Shown piece after piece: positions 13,111 through 29,251 of a DNA stretch of 64,000 bases. The translations under genes were made by a program, and so were the position numbers. Under the pieces are notes generated by a model. That model did not search any database and was not told the DNA's origin. It saw only the letters and a list, made by a program, of their open reading frames with translations. Within the stretch, counting starts at the first letter, position 1, and each line of letters begins with the position of its first letter. Source of the stretch: Eledone cirrhosa (lineage: Eukaryota); contig OZ024745.1 of NCBI GenBank assembly GCA_964016885.1, positions 41,230,001 to 41,294,000 on the forward strand, given 5' to 3'.

Positions 13111-15475
13111 ATATATTTACATTTGTTTAATGTTACTCTCAGATTACTACGTTTTTAAAGAATTTTAAAAGGTTGCGATCGTGCTCTGTGTTTTACTACA
13201 ACATCAAACATCATTAAAAACCCAAAGTTTTCCATTAGTATACTTTCAATGAGATATTCTTTGTTCTCTGATTACTGACAGTCCATGTGTAACAACTATA
13301 AATATTCAAGAAAATTGATGCAGTTGTTGGAAAGCAGTTTGTTATTTTCGCATATGTATCATACCAAACAGATAAGAAGCACATTTTAGATCAATTCTGC
13401 TGTAATATTTATGTTTGGTTATATCATTGTCCAGATCATAAATACGAGGAACTTGAAAAGTGCCAAGCTCTCTGACACGGGAGACAATTTGACAGAAATC
13501 TACTGCAAGCCGTTTCGTATCTAGATTTCTAGAAACAACCTAATCCTTACGCCCTCCATGGCGAATAAATTATTTTACTTAAACTTTCTCTTAAAAGTTT
13601 TGACATTTCTGAATTTATAAACTATTATTTATTTTTCACATCATATTGCTAAAGTTTGGATCCAATTAGTTTTCAGTTTAGAAGGACATTCTCAATAAGG
13701 GTAGCCGATTACCTGGTCATTTGTAGTTTAATCAACTATGTTAGAAAAAAAGGTACGGTTTTAAAATTAGCCGACCATCAAATCGGCCCAAAGCAAAATA
13801 TTGTTTTCAATGGTCTTATCTTTCCTGTGACCATCTTGTCGTTTGCCCTTCTAATACAAAGAGGTTGGATTTGATATAGGAATACACATAGTCAAAAGAG
13901 ATACCGCAAAGCAGTTTGTCCGAGTCTTTAACAATACTGCAAATTGTACTTTATCAATTTCAAAAGGATGAAAGGTGAAATTGACCTCGACCAAATTCAA
14001 ACATACAATGAGGTTTACCAAACACAAAAGGATTTAACTTGACGCTAAAACTACAGTGCACCGTCTAACATTCTAATTTGCTTGTATAACTTCAAAGAGG
14101 TTATATTGAGAATAACACCCACAAGTTGTAGAAAAACAGACATCTTTTAATACAATCTATGTTTTGATAAGCCGATAGTTCCGGAAAAACCTCGAAATAT
14201 ATCGCCATTATAAATATAAAATACAATAGTCTATATTCTATAGATCTTTTAGTAATACAAAATAATACAAAATACGTTAATCCGTGCTATTTTTCTGAAT
14301 TGGTTATGGATGTTTCTGTGGGGTGGATATGTTGAGTTGATTAGATCATTTTCTTTTAGCAGAAGTCTTTTTAAATGAGCTTGTATGTATGAGAGTTGTT
14401 GTTACCTTGTTAGTAATGTTCTTCATAACATAGAAGCAAGGACCCAGTAGCAAAACGTACATTCCTTGAATAGCCAAATATGTATGACACCATAGCCTGT
14501 ACGACAAAAGAGATGTGTCAACCAGATAAGTACTCAATAATCCCACCGCCCAAATTATTTTATACTTTAGACATTGAGCAGTTAATTATATCTGTTCAAG
14601 CACAAGAGTAAATCATTGAGCTGCCAAAGAGAAAACACGTTCTCTTAATGTTTGGTTTTATTCAAGCAAATTGTTAAAACTTACCACTTAATTTTCTATC
14701 GTAATACCTCAATAGTAGTATCTTTTATGAATATTGTATCTTTCCAGCAGCCATTTTACAATTGGATTCATGAACTAACACGATAACATTCGTGATCATT
14801 CATCTATTTTCTAGTGGTACTTTATATCATTTAAAACTGGTGGGACCCATTCCGATCCATGCTTCAAAGCTGTCGAATTCTTTCAGAAAAAGAGCGACAT
14901 TGAGAGGGGGGGAGAGAGAATAAATAGAAACGATAAAGGAGGAATCAACCCTATTATTAGATTACTACTATATTTATCGGAGGATTTGAACTCTAACCAT
15001 AGATATCTGGAACGAATACTGCAAGACATTCTATTCAACTTTCTAAGGACATTTTGTCACCTATAAAATGCGAATTTGTCACCTATAAAATGCGCGTACT
15101 ATATCTGGTGTTAGAAATTACCCATCTACAATAATCAGAAACATGACTGGTGAATACTAACATTGGAACGAAAGCTAACTCTACAAATACTAAAATTGAA
15201 GACAGAAGTTAAAACATATGTAACCTGAGAATTCTCGCGGTCCCTGTTAATCAAATATCACGTAAAAGAAAAGATTTGAAATGAGAATCAGTAGGATGTA
15301 GGGATAAGTGTTAAGGTGATACAAACAATTAATCTTAATGAGTGGGTTAAAAAAATTATGAACAGGATATGCATTCAATACCAGAATCTACAACGATTCA
15401 CTGTTCAAATAAATCCCGGCTACACATACACACACATACACACACACACACACACACATATTATATATATAATAT

Positions 15476-15520
<45 letters not shown>

Positions 15521-15565
15521 ACATGCTCATACACACATATATATATGTATATACATATATATATA

Positions 15566-15599
<34 letters not shown>

Positions 15600-15631
15600 G
15601 AATATATGTATATGTAAGTGAGTATGTGTGT

Positions 15632-15679
<48 letters not shown>

Positions 15680-16909
15680 GCCATCGTTTAACGTCTATCT
15701 TCCACGCTAGCATGTGTATGTATCGATAAAATCCTTTGGAAATTTTGTCTGATCAGTCATTCAGTCTCCAGAGTAATGTAACTATTTCAATCCTATATAC
15801 GCACGCATATTGCCATAAATAACAGTAAATGTTCTATGCGACTTGCAAAGCACACCCAATATTATAACGCTAACCACACAACCCATATTCTGCACAGTTT
15901 TAACTCAGCACTATAAAACTAAACCCACATCACTCCTACACTGCAGAGGTACACTCCAACACTATAACTCTAAATACACACACCATAGTCTTCGCAATTT
16001 ACACAACGATGCGCCAATTCATATTCAACATAGTTGTCACCCTATTACATATTTCAGAGACGCGGAGAATCTAAACAAGATCAGATATCCCTTCGAGAGT
16101 CGATAAATCGAAGTAGTTTTCTTAAGTAGTTTTCTTGTGTGGCGGATTAATGGAAAAGTTAGTGTCTCGGATGAGATGTCGTGTAGTAATAGTTCCGGAT
16201 TGTTGTGCCCTAAGTTCATAAGTTACTATGGAGTACTTGGTAGTAGACTTAATCCATCATCAATTTACCACTACCATATTGGGCTGAAATATCTTTAGCT
16301 TAGCCCTAAATATTACAAGCCTGCAAGCCAAGACTCCACTTTGAGAATACATTCAACCCACCCAGGCACCATCTCTGATACAGAACACTAAAGTAACACA
16401 TAAACAAAGAACAACGGATGTGGCATACGATCATGTTGATGCCGTCCATGGGCCCGTAATTCCTAAGTGAGTAGAAAGTCTGGTGTACTCATATGACTTA
16501 TCTTGGTCATTTCCCAAGGAGAGAGACAGAAAAAAAACGAATTAAGAAAGAGATATAGAGGAAGATTCAAGTTCAATACTTTAACATTGATAAAAGTTAA
16601 TTTCGGTGAGATTTGAACTGAGAGAACAGAGTGCTGCAACGAATACTGCGAAACATTCTATCCGACGTACTAAGGACTATATCAATTTGTCGGATATACA
16701 AACACAGTTCTATGATACGTTCCAATCGACAAATCTGTTCACAGAGACACGCACATTCACTTTAGAACTCTCATGTATCCTTAGATGTGCAGAAGAAAGT
16801 CTCATGAAATCAATTGTTGGAAACATATTATCATGAATACCCAAATAAATATTTCCAGCATTATATATATGAGAGAATTTTTGTGTGCGTGTGTATGTCC
16901 CTGTGTATG

Positions 16910-17345
<436 letters not shown>

Positions 17346-17545
17346 NNNNNNNNNNNNNNNNNNNNNNNNNNNNNNNNNNNNNNNNNNNNNNNNNNNNNNN
17401 NNNNNNNNNNNNNNNNNNNNNNNNNNNNNNNNNNNNNNNNNNNNNNNNNNNNNNNNNNNNNNNNNNNNNNNNNNNNNNNNNNNNNNNNNNNNNNNNNNNN
17501 NNNNNNNNNNNNNNNNNNNNNNNNNNNNNNNNNNNNNNNNNNNNN
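17346..17545. other. Assembly gap (200 N)
   Basis: Run of N. Confidence 1.
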
Positions 17546-18569
17546 ATTTTTTCGCTTATTTTAACACACAATAATCTTCCTTTTTTGGACAACACACATA
17601 ACAACTAAAGGATACACTGAGATGATATTGTAGGTTTATATCGTTAATTGCAGGTAATAACATTTTCATAACCAATCTTCTGAAATTATAGGGGACATCG
17701 GAAGCCTCTGTAGTCAGGTTATCAAGACCAGATTGTGACTCTTAATCATATACCAAAAATAAATCTCCCCAACCCCTCTATAAACTTTTCTTGCCAATAT
17801 GATAGTCTCCAGGAAAATTCCTCTTTAAATTTGTCCTTACAGATTTTTATGACTGATGATTCTACACTCAGAGTTGGATGAACTATATAGTGTTTTCATG
17901 CTATTTGTTGTTGGTTTTTCTTTTTTCTTTCAATAATTCCTGCTCCTGTTGTAGTTGTAGCAGTAGTTGTATATTTTTTGTTTTGTTTTTGATTTGGTTT
18001 TAGTTTTTCTTTATTAATCTTGAAATAAACAGCAGCTACAACAATAATAACAAACACAATCTTCCTTTTCTACCGGCTTAACTACTGCTATGTGGTCCCT
18101 CGACCATCACAAAATAGTAACCAAATCTCAAACTATTCACGCCATTATATGACATATTGGAAAATGACATATTAGAAAATATACATAAACAGGTGATGGA
18201 TTTGCAGAGTCGCTACATTTTTGGTTAGAAAGCTTTGCATTATCCATTCTGACCTTCTGCACTTTGATTTCATATTGGACCGAAGTCAAACATGCCTTTC
18301 ATCAATTCGAGATCCATAAAACAAAGTACCAGTAGTGTGATTGATTATTCACTGTCTCTTTCCACATTTCTCTCTTTTTTCCTCTCTACCTCGCTCTCTA
18401 CCTCTCTCTCTACCTCTCTCTCTACCTCTCTCTCTACCTCTCTCTCTATCTATCTATCAATTAGGTTTATATACCCATTTCAAGAGGGTGTTCCTTCGAC
18501 TCCATTAACGAGTCCTAACGAATACCTACAAAAGGAATAGATATTGAAAAAACAGTGTAGTTTGACTGT

Positions 18570-18703
18570 AGGTCCCTTTACAGTCTGAGTTCAGATCCCG
18601 CCGAGGTTAACTTTGCCTTTCATCCTTACGGGGTCGATAAAATAAAGTACCAGTAATACACTGGTGTAATTGCTGGCCTTGTGCCAAAATAGAAACACTT
18701 ATT
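18570..18703 (+). mobile_element. 5'-truncated SINE
   Basis: gagttcagatcccgccgaggttaactttgcctttcatccttacggggtcg..gtgccaaaatagaaac. Confidence 0.88.
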
Positions 18704-19399
18704 TTAGTGAGATTAATAAAGTGCAGGGTCGGTTTCTGATATATAGTTCAATGGTCTTAAACTTGAAATTCGGTGTCATTGATAGCAAGGGTTAAACGTT
18801 ATCATAGATATGTAGTTCTTATATAATTCTCCATTCATTGTTGATTTAATTTATGATATAGTTTTCTATTTTCCTGTGTTAACTGGGATTGAGTTTAAAA
18901 TAGGCTATTTATATTCTTATCCTCAATTTGAAATAGATTTCTAGCTTTATCGGATTTGTTGTATCTCTCATTGGATTGCTACATTTTTCTGTATTTAGTT
19001 TCCTTTGAAAATAATTGATTTTTCGAAATTTTAGATTTTTAATCAACATAAAAAGTCCTTCCACAAATAACTGTAACAATACCTTGATAAGCGGACATTT
19101 ATGGGACTTAAATATTATGGTGGCTTTTGTCATAAGCTTTTTATTTATTTTCTAAAAAAAATATAGATATTTTTATGATTGTAATCTAATAAACGTTTTC
19201 AATTTTTTTCTGTGTGGAATAGTTTAAAGTAAGTCTTCTTTGCAGTCGTTATATCAATGGATAACTTTAATATCATGTTTACCACGTGTTTAAAGTACTC
19301 TTAAGAAGTAGCGCAATGTGTTTATATTTGATCCTTCTTTTTTTGTACATTTTAAATTGCCTAAAATTGTGGTATTTTGTTGTTTATTAAGTAGCTGCG

Positions 19400-21000
19400 T
19401 TTTTGTTTTTGTTTTTTTTTTTCATATTTTATTTCAATTTTAGTCATACTTTGTTCCAGGCAATCTGGTGCTCCAATAATAAGTGGTATGACACTGAACG
19501 TATATAATAGATCTGCAAATAATTGTCCGTAGATATCGTGCTTCGCTAGTATTTTCCTTACTACGTTAGCTTCGAGCATGTTTTAAATAGAGTGTCACAA
19601 ACCCTCAATACCAAACCGGTTGTGATTAGTTTGGTGGTAGTTTTTATTATTAGGTTTCACCAGTCTTAGTATGTTCATCTATATTTATTCTTAATTCCTT
19701 TTTCCGTAATGCAGACCAAATTTTTTTGGTTGCCACATCATATCTCCTGTGTGTACCGCGGAAACATTCTTTTGCTGTTGACAATAACGCGAGTAAAAGC
19801 TTCGGGCATAGTTTTCCCAGCCTACAGTTATTATCAGTTGATAATTTTACTCTTCTGTGCAGTAGGAACTTAGTGAACATTTTATTCCTGGATTACATGA
19901 AAGATCCTGCAAAGTGGGATGTGTGACACCATCCCAAGATCTTAATGTGCATTATAACATCGATGATCTACCATTTCTTAGTCAGGCGCTGAATAGAATC
20001 TACTAGTGGTTGTGGGATTTGTGCTAACTGTCTTCATAAGTCCTTCATAACCCACACATGTAATATACTATCACATGCCTTTTGGTAGTCCATACTAAAT
20101 TGTTTCCCCTACATAATTTTGTTAAATAGTAGCTGCTCTATACATCCTAAAACTTCCTTCTTTTCCTCAGCTTTCTCAGTTATTATGATGTTATTCTGCA
20201 AGACGATTGAAGCTCCCATGGTATAATTCATACATGGTATCCCGCCTGTCTAACATAAGTGGTATGGATAGCTTTGGGAATTAGAAAACTAATGACAGTT
20301 CATAACAATTGAGTAGTTCTAGCGTATATTTGATACATTCTCCATCAACATTAAAACGGGATTTGATCATTGCTCCTTTCTGAAGCCCTGTTTCTCGTAT
20401 TGCATTGATTATCCTATATTGCCTTTGTCCAATAAGTTTGCAGTAGCCTAGCTCTAGTTCTTCTAATGATACAAATTGCATTTCAAACCCATCATTTCTT
20501 TCACATACAGATATCCAGTAATTCTTAACCTGATAATATGTTGGGATGTCCTTTACAGAGATTGCTTATATTGAAGCTACGAAAGACCAATATGAAATTT
20601 CTAGTAAACAAGATATTCAACATTTGTCGTTTATATACAGAGGATTTATATTTCACTTTTTCATCTGTAGTGGTTCGCTCTTGTTTCTGCTGGCATAGCT
20701 TAAATGTTAGGGTTTTAAATCTTTTTTTTTCTTTTTTAAATCACTTCTCGAATACTGCTGTGTTAGATTGTTGTCCGCTTTGCATTAAAAAGATATGTGA
20801 GATAATTCTTCGCAGGAAAACAACTGTTTTGCATGTTGCGTGTCCACGATGACTCTGGCATTTTCCTATTATCTCGATTGCGTGGCTTTGAATACTTATG
20901 ATATGCCAGCAATATGATAGCTGACACATATAACCGAAGAGTTATGGTTCTGTATGTTGTTTCTATACTTTTGGACTGTGTAACGTTTAGATAATTGCGT
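19400..21000 (-). pseudogene. Heavily decayed R4/Dong-like non-LTR retrotransposon
   Basis: Minus-strand remnants GCIEQLL (cf. GTKDQLLIDK), MDYQKACDS (cf. IDYKKAFD) and VIPLIIGAP (cf. VVPIVIGALG of the element at 43.6-47.1 kb), in colinear order. Confidence 0.55.
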
Positions 21001-21893
21001 GCTATATAATTTATTACTTCCAGTTTTAGTTTATATGATTATTTTCTTATATTGGTGGTGTATAGCCTGTCACTCAGATTAATATTTTGAACCTGCCGAA
21101 ACATGTCGTCCCACATATTAAGATGTTGACAATTTTTTGGCATTCTTCTGTTTGTACAGAAAGCGATCAATTTCATCTAAAATGTTGCCGATTTGTTGGT
21201 CACTACAATCTTCATTGGTCCTTGCTTTCTGCCTGCTTTGATATTGTTATTGTAATGTCTGTTATTGAACGTGTGAGAGCTGTGTTCTCTTCCGCTACTA
21301 GTTCCAACGCCTCTCCACCATTAGCCAGCGTTAAATCAAACGGTTTAGTTATGTATATCAATTTCACGTAATATTAGGTTTTGCTTGTCCATTCAGGTGT
21401 TTGCAACAAATGTCTAATTCAAATTGTTTACCATCTTGCGTAAATCGAATTGTTTTTGTTGAACTTGTGATCGTGCTCTATATAAATCATTTTAAAGATA
21501 ATAGCTCTCCTCTATATTATATTTATAATCACTCTTAGACCTAAGGAAATTTTATTTTTACTCATGATGCTTTTGTCTCTTTACTATTAATTGTATGTAA
21601 TTTTTAAGATAGACGATAGTATTCTTTAACAGTTTGGAGAAATTATTATCAAAAATAATTGTGAATTTTTTCACAGCTTAGTTATTATTTCCATTCAGAT
21701 TGTTTTTATTTCAACAATTCTATTTAAATGAGCATTTTCTTTTTCTGAAGAGTTACTTCGCTTATGTAACATTACAATGCTGTGTTTGTTTCTATAGGTA
21801 TATTGTGATATATGTAATGTTTAATCATTATAATATCGTAATACATGTAGGCTTATTTAAACACATGTCAGATGGATTACAATATTCATTATT

Positions 21894-22081
21894 GGGGGAT
21901 TGGCAGTATCAGTAGAAGGGCGGACGCCATGCTTTCCAGCATAGTTACGTTCCTTTACGGTCTGAGTTCAAATCCCGCCAAGGTTAACTTTGCCTTTCAT
22001 CCTTACAGGGTAGATAAAATAAAGTACCAGTAATGCACTGGGTAATTGCTGGCCTTGTGCCAAAAGTATAAACAATTATTA
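21894..22081 (+). mobile_element. tRNA-derived SINE, full length
   Basis: A/B boxes and core present; ATTATT at both ends. Confidence 0.9.
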
Positions 22082-22225
22082 CAAATACTTTGACTGTTCC
22101 CTGACTACTAGTAAAAGATTCAACATAGAATAATTTTAACGAAGTATATTTGATTTGATTTGATTTTCGCCAACAAACCACGTGTGGACATGGACGGGGA
22201 AAAAAAAAAAAAAAAAAAAAAAAAA

Positions 22226-24736
22226 ATCACTACATCCCTTAGGAATCGTATTATCGGACGCCTTGCTAAAGAATCTCCCTGCACCTCTTGCCGTATCTGG
22301 GCACACTGAGAAGACCGCGGAATCTGCTACCCATGAATTAATTGCCATTGGGGTAGCAGAAGACAAGGCTGATCTTCAGGCATTTGCTGCCAGCTCAGCC
22401 AAAGACCTAGGCTATGTTCCCCAAAGGGTGCTCTCCGCCTTGGCCGACCTGGTCCAAAACCCAGACTCATCAGGCTGTCTTTTTCGAACCCCGCTGAGGC
22501 AATTTCATATCATCTGGTCTCTGTTAAAGCTGGGCGTGAAAATCGGATTACCTTCCGAACACGCTCAGGCCTACCACCTGATGTACGTCCAAAGCTACGT
22601 GCTGCAGCTTCCTTGAATCGGAACTCAGCACAACATGAAATTTTAGTCTACGTGATGATAGGCGGATCTGGAGGTTTGTTAAGCCTGGTGAAACGTGGAA
22701 GAGAGATACCAGCTGGTCTGCGTGAGCTCTACCCACAATAACTGGCAATGAAAAAATTGCAACAACTCTGGGAAAATAAACCAGAACAACCTGCCATCCT
22801 CTACACACCATCATAAACTGCAAGCAGCGTACAAATTGTTGTCCTTAAATGCTCGCAGTTTATGCAACAAGATAATCTGTTTAACTCCTACGTCAGAATT
22901 ATCGACCCTGACTTCATCACAGTCACGGAAGCATGGGCACATTCCTTACTCTGTGATGGGGTTTTCAGCATTACTGGGTACAACCTGTTCCGCAAGGACC
23001 GCATTTATCGCCGTGGTGGTGGTGTGATGGTCTACGTTCGTTCAAACTTTTCGGTAATTCCTTGCGTTGATTTGAACGAATCACAAGAAGTTTTTTTCTG
23101 TGACATACGTATGACCATTTCAATACTTCTGCTTGGTGTTGTTTATCGCCCCCCCCCCCCCCCCCGACTACCATCAGGACACACAGCTTTGCGATATCCT
23201 CAGATATCCTGCCAGGAAAACAGCCACTTATGTGTTTATTGTAGGTGACTTCAATCATCTTGAGATCGATTGGGAAACCTTTCATCGGCCACAAAGTGCA
23301 AACGATTTCCTTGAGCTAGTGCTGGACTCAAACTGGTCACAAGTAGTCACCTCTCCAACAAGAGGTGACATCCCTTTGGACCTGCTTTTCACCACTACTC
23401 CTGAAGTGGTTATCAGTTGTACTACTGAAGAACCTCTAGGCGACTCTGATCATGCTATGATCATTGCCAATCTGGCTCTTGCGGGCAATAACAAAAACCA
23501 GAACCACCTCCAATCTGCTTGCTTTGATTGGAAGAAAGCAGATTGGAACTTATACTGCACTGAGCTACAGTGCCCAAACTGGTATGTGTTCTATAACTCT
23601 GGAGATGTGAACACTATACTCCAGAGCATCCTGGACTCAATATGGATAGCGTGTGCAGCGTCAGTGCCACGTAAGCAGAACCCCCCCCCCCCCCCTCCCC
23701 AGTGCAATTTGGGAAACTTCAGCGGTCCGACTTTCCTGGAAAGAACGCCGGAATGCTGAACGGGAATATAAACTGCATAAATCAGATGCCAACAGAAAAA
23801 AGCGGAATAAATCTTCCAACCATCTCAGGCAAGTGACAAAAAAGGCAGTGCTTGAATTTGAACAGTGCAACCAATCCTGACAGTAAGGTGTTCTGGAAAT
23901 ATGTACATTCAAAGCAGAGACCTGACTCTCCAGTTGGTCGTCTTCGCAATCCCCACGCAAGCCAGATCACTGACGATCCCAAAGAATGCGCAGAACTCGT
24001 CGCTGAGTGTTATGCAAACATTTTTACTGTTGAAAACCAGAATGCACCATCTCCACCATCTCTAACATCAAATTCCATAACAACTATGGAATTTACACCT
24101 GCAATGCTGCAACGTCACCTTAAGAATAAGCGCAACTGTGCCTCCCCTGATCTTGATGGTGTTACATACCTGCTTCTCAAACGTGGCTGGTACTTCCTTT
24201 TGCACCAGCTTTCTTTCTTCTTTCAATGCTGTCTCAACAATGGTGCTATTCCGGAGCAGTGGAAAACTGCCACTGTCATTCCCCTGTTCAAAAAGGGCGA
24301 CCTGTCAACTATCGGCCAGTCAGTCTTACTAGCTGTATCACCAAACTGATGGAATCCTGTGTCAGAGAAACACTTTGGAACTTCTGGAGCTCTCACAGCC
24401 TCATCCGGCCCTCGCAATTTGGATTTATCCCTAACTCCAGCTGCTGTGATCAGCTTATCGAGTTAATTGAAGACATTACCCGGATCACTGACAGCGGCTC
24501 ATGGGTCGATGTTGTTTACCTTGACTTCGCTAAGGCTTTTAATTCTGAGTTACATAAAAGACTTATGGCGAAACTCTGCAATGGGTGTGAGGGATGATCT
24601 TTTTAACTGGTTGAAATCCTTCATTCTCAGCCGAAAAGAGGTAGTCAAGGTTCTAGGACAGCATTCTTCACCATATAAGACGTCATCTGGTGTACCACAG
24701 GGATCTGTTCTTGGTCCCCTATTGTTTGTTATATAG
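22226..24736 (+). pseudogene. CR1/L2-group LINE: putative ORF1 remnant, APE endonuclease and partial RT; frameshifted, stops in RT
   Basis: LNARSL, ITVTEAW, RKDR..RGGGV, VGDFN, LDLLFT, SDH (APE). NYRPVSLTS, QFGF, VVYLDFAKAF, SGVPQGSVLGPLLF (RT). Confidence 0.88.
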
Positions 24737-25249
24737 AAATGTATGTATGTGTGTGTATGCATGTATGTATGTATGCATGTATGCATGTATGTATGTACGT
24801 ACGTATATATGCATGAATGTTTGCAACATTTGTTAGTATATTTAGTGTATTTGGTGTACCAACAGATAACATCAGTAGTATGTCAGAGACTATGTGCTTC
24901 CCTATGTTGTTTTAGGCGTAAATGCTTGGTCCAATTATCTTTCTACATCTTTAGACATACCTAATCATCAATGGGCTTCTATAAGTCTTTGCATATGATT
25001 GTATGCGCGTGAATGTGTTTGCGTGTGCATGTGTAGGTTTATGTATGTGTGTGTAAGTGTGGGTTTTTGTGTGCATTGTATGCGTTTGTGGGTGAGTGCG
25101 TAAGTGCATGTGCGTGTGTGTGTATGCTTGTGAGAGTATGGTTGTGTGTGTATGGTTCTGTGTGTTTGTGTGTATATAGTTGTTCGAGTATTTTGCTTGT
25201 AAATATTTCTTCCTGCAAATTACTATATATATTTAGGTGTGAAATAGGT

Positions 25250-25265
25250 TATGTATATATGTATA

Positions 25266-25319
<54 letters not shown>

Positions 25320-25531
25320 AACATACATAAATATATACATGCATATATATATATATTATACATATACATGTATTATCATACATATACATATATGTATATA
25401 TATGAGTATATATGCATATATATATATATATATATATATTCATACATAAATATATACATGCATATATATATATATTATACATATACATGTATTATCATAC
25501 ATATACATATATGTATATATATGAGTATATA

Positions 25532-25571
<40 letters not shown>

Positions 25572-26164
25572 TACATAAATATATACATGCATATATATAT
25601 ATATATACATAAATATATATATACACACACACATATATATACATATACATACACATATATATATATGAACATAAGTGCATATATACATATATACATATAT
25701 ACATATATACATATATACATATATATATGCATGTGTATGTAAGTGCGTGTAGGAGTGCTTGTGTAATTCTTATTATGTGTATGCCTGTGCCTAATTGCGT
25801 TTAGGTTAAATAACATGTGTACTCCCATTTTTGTCTTCATCATATCGTATTGTCTTCGAACTTATTTTCCCTTATATATCGGTAAGAAGAAATGTCCACA
25901 TAAAGTTGTTTCATACAAATAAATGTGATAGAAACTCTTGTTTATTTGTCCCCAATCAAAATCTGATAAGCATTTCCACAAGACATCGTAACAGGAAGAA
26001 GAAATAGCTGTTATTTTCGCTATTATTCGTTCGTGCTTTATTGGATAATTCCAAATTGTTGAATTGTTCACATGACCAGCAATAGTGGTTTATTGATTGG
26101 CCCCTCGTGCAAAAGACATATAAATAAACATAGAATTTAATGAAATATATAAATATACGTATGA

Positions 26165-26243
<79 letters not shown>

Positions 26244-26337
26244 TATAGTATATATATATATATATATATACATATATACATATATATAGTATATATATAT
26301 ATATATATACATATATATAGTATATACATATACACAG

Positions 26338-26425
<88 letters not shown>

Positions 26426-26451
26426 TGTATACATATATATAGTATATACAT

Positions 26452-26511
<60 letters not shown>

Positions 26512-26537
26512 TATATACATATATATAGTATATACAT

Positions 26538-26594
<57 letters not shown>

Positions 26595-27190
26595 TAGATA
26601 TAGATATATAGATAGATAGATAGATATAGATATATAGGCCAAATGAACCTACAATAACATCTTGAAGTTTGTCATTGGTTTTATATTCATTGTGCGTTGT
26701 ATTGGTTTTGTGCAAAGAAAAACACAATAAAATAAGTATATTACTGGGAAAAACATAACATACAAAAATAACATAGAGTAGTTTAGGTATATCTCTTATT
26801 TCCCTTCAGTATTTCTGATTATTTTTCTTGTGTACTTCTCTCATTTTTTGTTAGTATTTGCTTCGGTTATATACACACAAACGCAAGCACACACATACAT
26901 TCAGACAGGAACATGCGCACATAAATACAGGAGCACGCATACACACAAGTTTCTTTATATATTTCCACACCCACACACCTATTTGCATATATATATATAT
27001 ATATATATATTTGCATATATATATTGTTCATGAATGTATGTATATGTATTATATATGTACATATATGTATGTATGTATACATGTATGTATATATGTGTGT
27101 ATGTATGTATATGTGTATGTATACATACAAACATACATGAATACATACAAGCATATACATTAACACATATAAATATATATATATATACCC
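25250..27190. repeat. Compound (TA)/(CA) microsatellite region with unique spacers
   Basis: Direct inspection; internal block duplications. Confidence 0.9.
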
Positions 27191-28349
27191 AATTTTCTTT
27201 TAACCCCTTTTACTCGCGAGAGAGACATTTGATACTGTATTAATGAAAGATATCCATTGAAATAAAGTATCAGTTACAGAGCCGTTACTGGACGACGAAA
27301 ATCTGTATTACATTATGATATATGCTATTGTAATATTAGTAAAACACGTATGTTTTATAGCAAAATTATTCTTGCATTTGTGTTGGCGTTCACCCGGAAT
27401 GGGTTGACCTGTTACAAACAAGTAAATACGTAACATCGCTAACAGTGCCACCAGTCGCGATTAGGAATTCATGTTTTAGATGCCCTTATGTATTTACCAT
27501 AATGTAATTGCAACATATATATATGTAAAATTAGATTATAATTAGTGATATATAACACCAAACTACTTTTTCTTACTTTCTGAAACTAAAGGAAATACGT
27601 AGCTCTTGTTTGTGAATTTTATATGAAGCTAATTCATTAATAAATACAATTTCACATATTTTGACTGTGTGCTTCTGTGTTTATATGTAGTTAGTGTTTG
27701 AATGTGTAACTGAGGATGCTGCACTAAAGGTGATAAGAAGTGGAAACTCGAAGCAGCTAACAGAATCTGAATGTAGTAAAGGTCATTTTAATAGTAATAG
27801 AAGAGTCAGAGAAAGAAGATATAAGAGAATTATGAATCAGAGATTGGAAAGATTTGGTGAGTGATTGCCAACCTTGGGAAGTCTCGACTGGGCATTGGTG
27901 GGTGTTAATAATTATTGGAGTCTTGAATAATTTCTGACGTTGAAGAGAAATACTAGTGTTTGGTATTATAAATATATATATATGGGTATTGGGCATGTAA
28001 AGATTTCTCCTGCCATCGTCTTAACATGGTATTCTGGAGGTAAATTTTCAATTTAGATTTTATGACTCCCAATTTCTGTTCTTTTTTCTTTAGTTTCATT
28101 TTCCCCACAATTATCTTTTTTCCCCACAATTATCTGTTAGTCCAGTTACTGATTTGATGATTTTGGCTTCCCTGAAGACCGAAAAAGTTTTTTATTTTGT
28201 TCATGTTTTGTAGATATTTCCTTCGTATTAGGTTTCCTTTGTTTTGTTTTGTTTATTTTTAGTAATTTCTGTAGTCCTACAGTAGTTATTTTATAAGAGT
28301 TTTCTAGTTCCATAAGGCCCCTTTCTGCTGGTGTTCTTGGTAGGTATAA

Positions 28350-29050
28350 TCTTCCCTCCTAGCTCTCCTTCTGTCCTTGCTCTCCTTCCTCATTGCTCTA
28401 CTTTTCTACTGGATCAACATGCTCTCCTTGCTCTCTTTCTCTCCAGCTCTCGTTCTCTCCTTGCTATCTTTGCTCTCCTTATCGCCTTGCTCTCCTTCCC
28501 TCCTTCCTCTCCTTCCCTCCTTGCTCTCTTTGCTCTCCTTATCGCCTTGCTCTCCTTCCCTCCTTGCTCTCCTTCCTGCCTTACTCGCCTTCTCTCCTTG
28601 CTCTCCTACTCTCCTTGCTCTCCTTGCTCTCCTTGTTCTCCTTCCCTCCTTCCCACATTTCTCTCCTTTTCTCCTTGATTATCATGCTCTCCTTGCTCTG
28701 CTTGCTCTTTTATTCCCCTTGCTCTCGTTCTCTTTTTGCTCTCCTTCCATTCTTACTCTTTTTACTATTTATTTTCTCCTTGCTCTGCTCTTATTGCTCT
28801 TTTTGCTCTCCTTCCCTCATTGTTCTTCTTGCTCTCCTTCCCGCATAGCCCCCTTTACTCTCCTTTTCTCCTTGATCTCCTACCCTCATTGCTTTCCTTG
28901 CTCCCTATTCTCTCCTTCTCTCCTTGCTCTCATTGCTCTCTTTGCTCTCCCTTTCTCTACGGTAGCCTTGCTCTCCCTGCTCGTCTTCTCTGCTTCCTCT
29001 GCTCTCCTAGCTCTCCTTTTTATACTGTTCTTCTTGCACTCCATCTCTTC
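28350..29050. repeat. Polypyrimidine (TTGCTCTCC)-type low-complexity repeat
   Basis: Degenerate 9-mer tandem; gives a spurious Leu/Ser ORF. Confidence 0.9.
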
Positions 29051-29219
29051 TCTCACAAGTTGTAGAACACATAGATGTGTAGACGAAAATGGTAAGGCAT
29101 CTTATTCCTTAAACACATCTGGTAAGGCATCTTATTCCTTAAATACAAGGAGGCGCGAAAAACTGTACGATATCGTAATAGGAAAAAACCATTGTCAGCC
29201 ACTTAATATATATATATAT

Positions 29220-29251
<32 letters not shown>

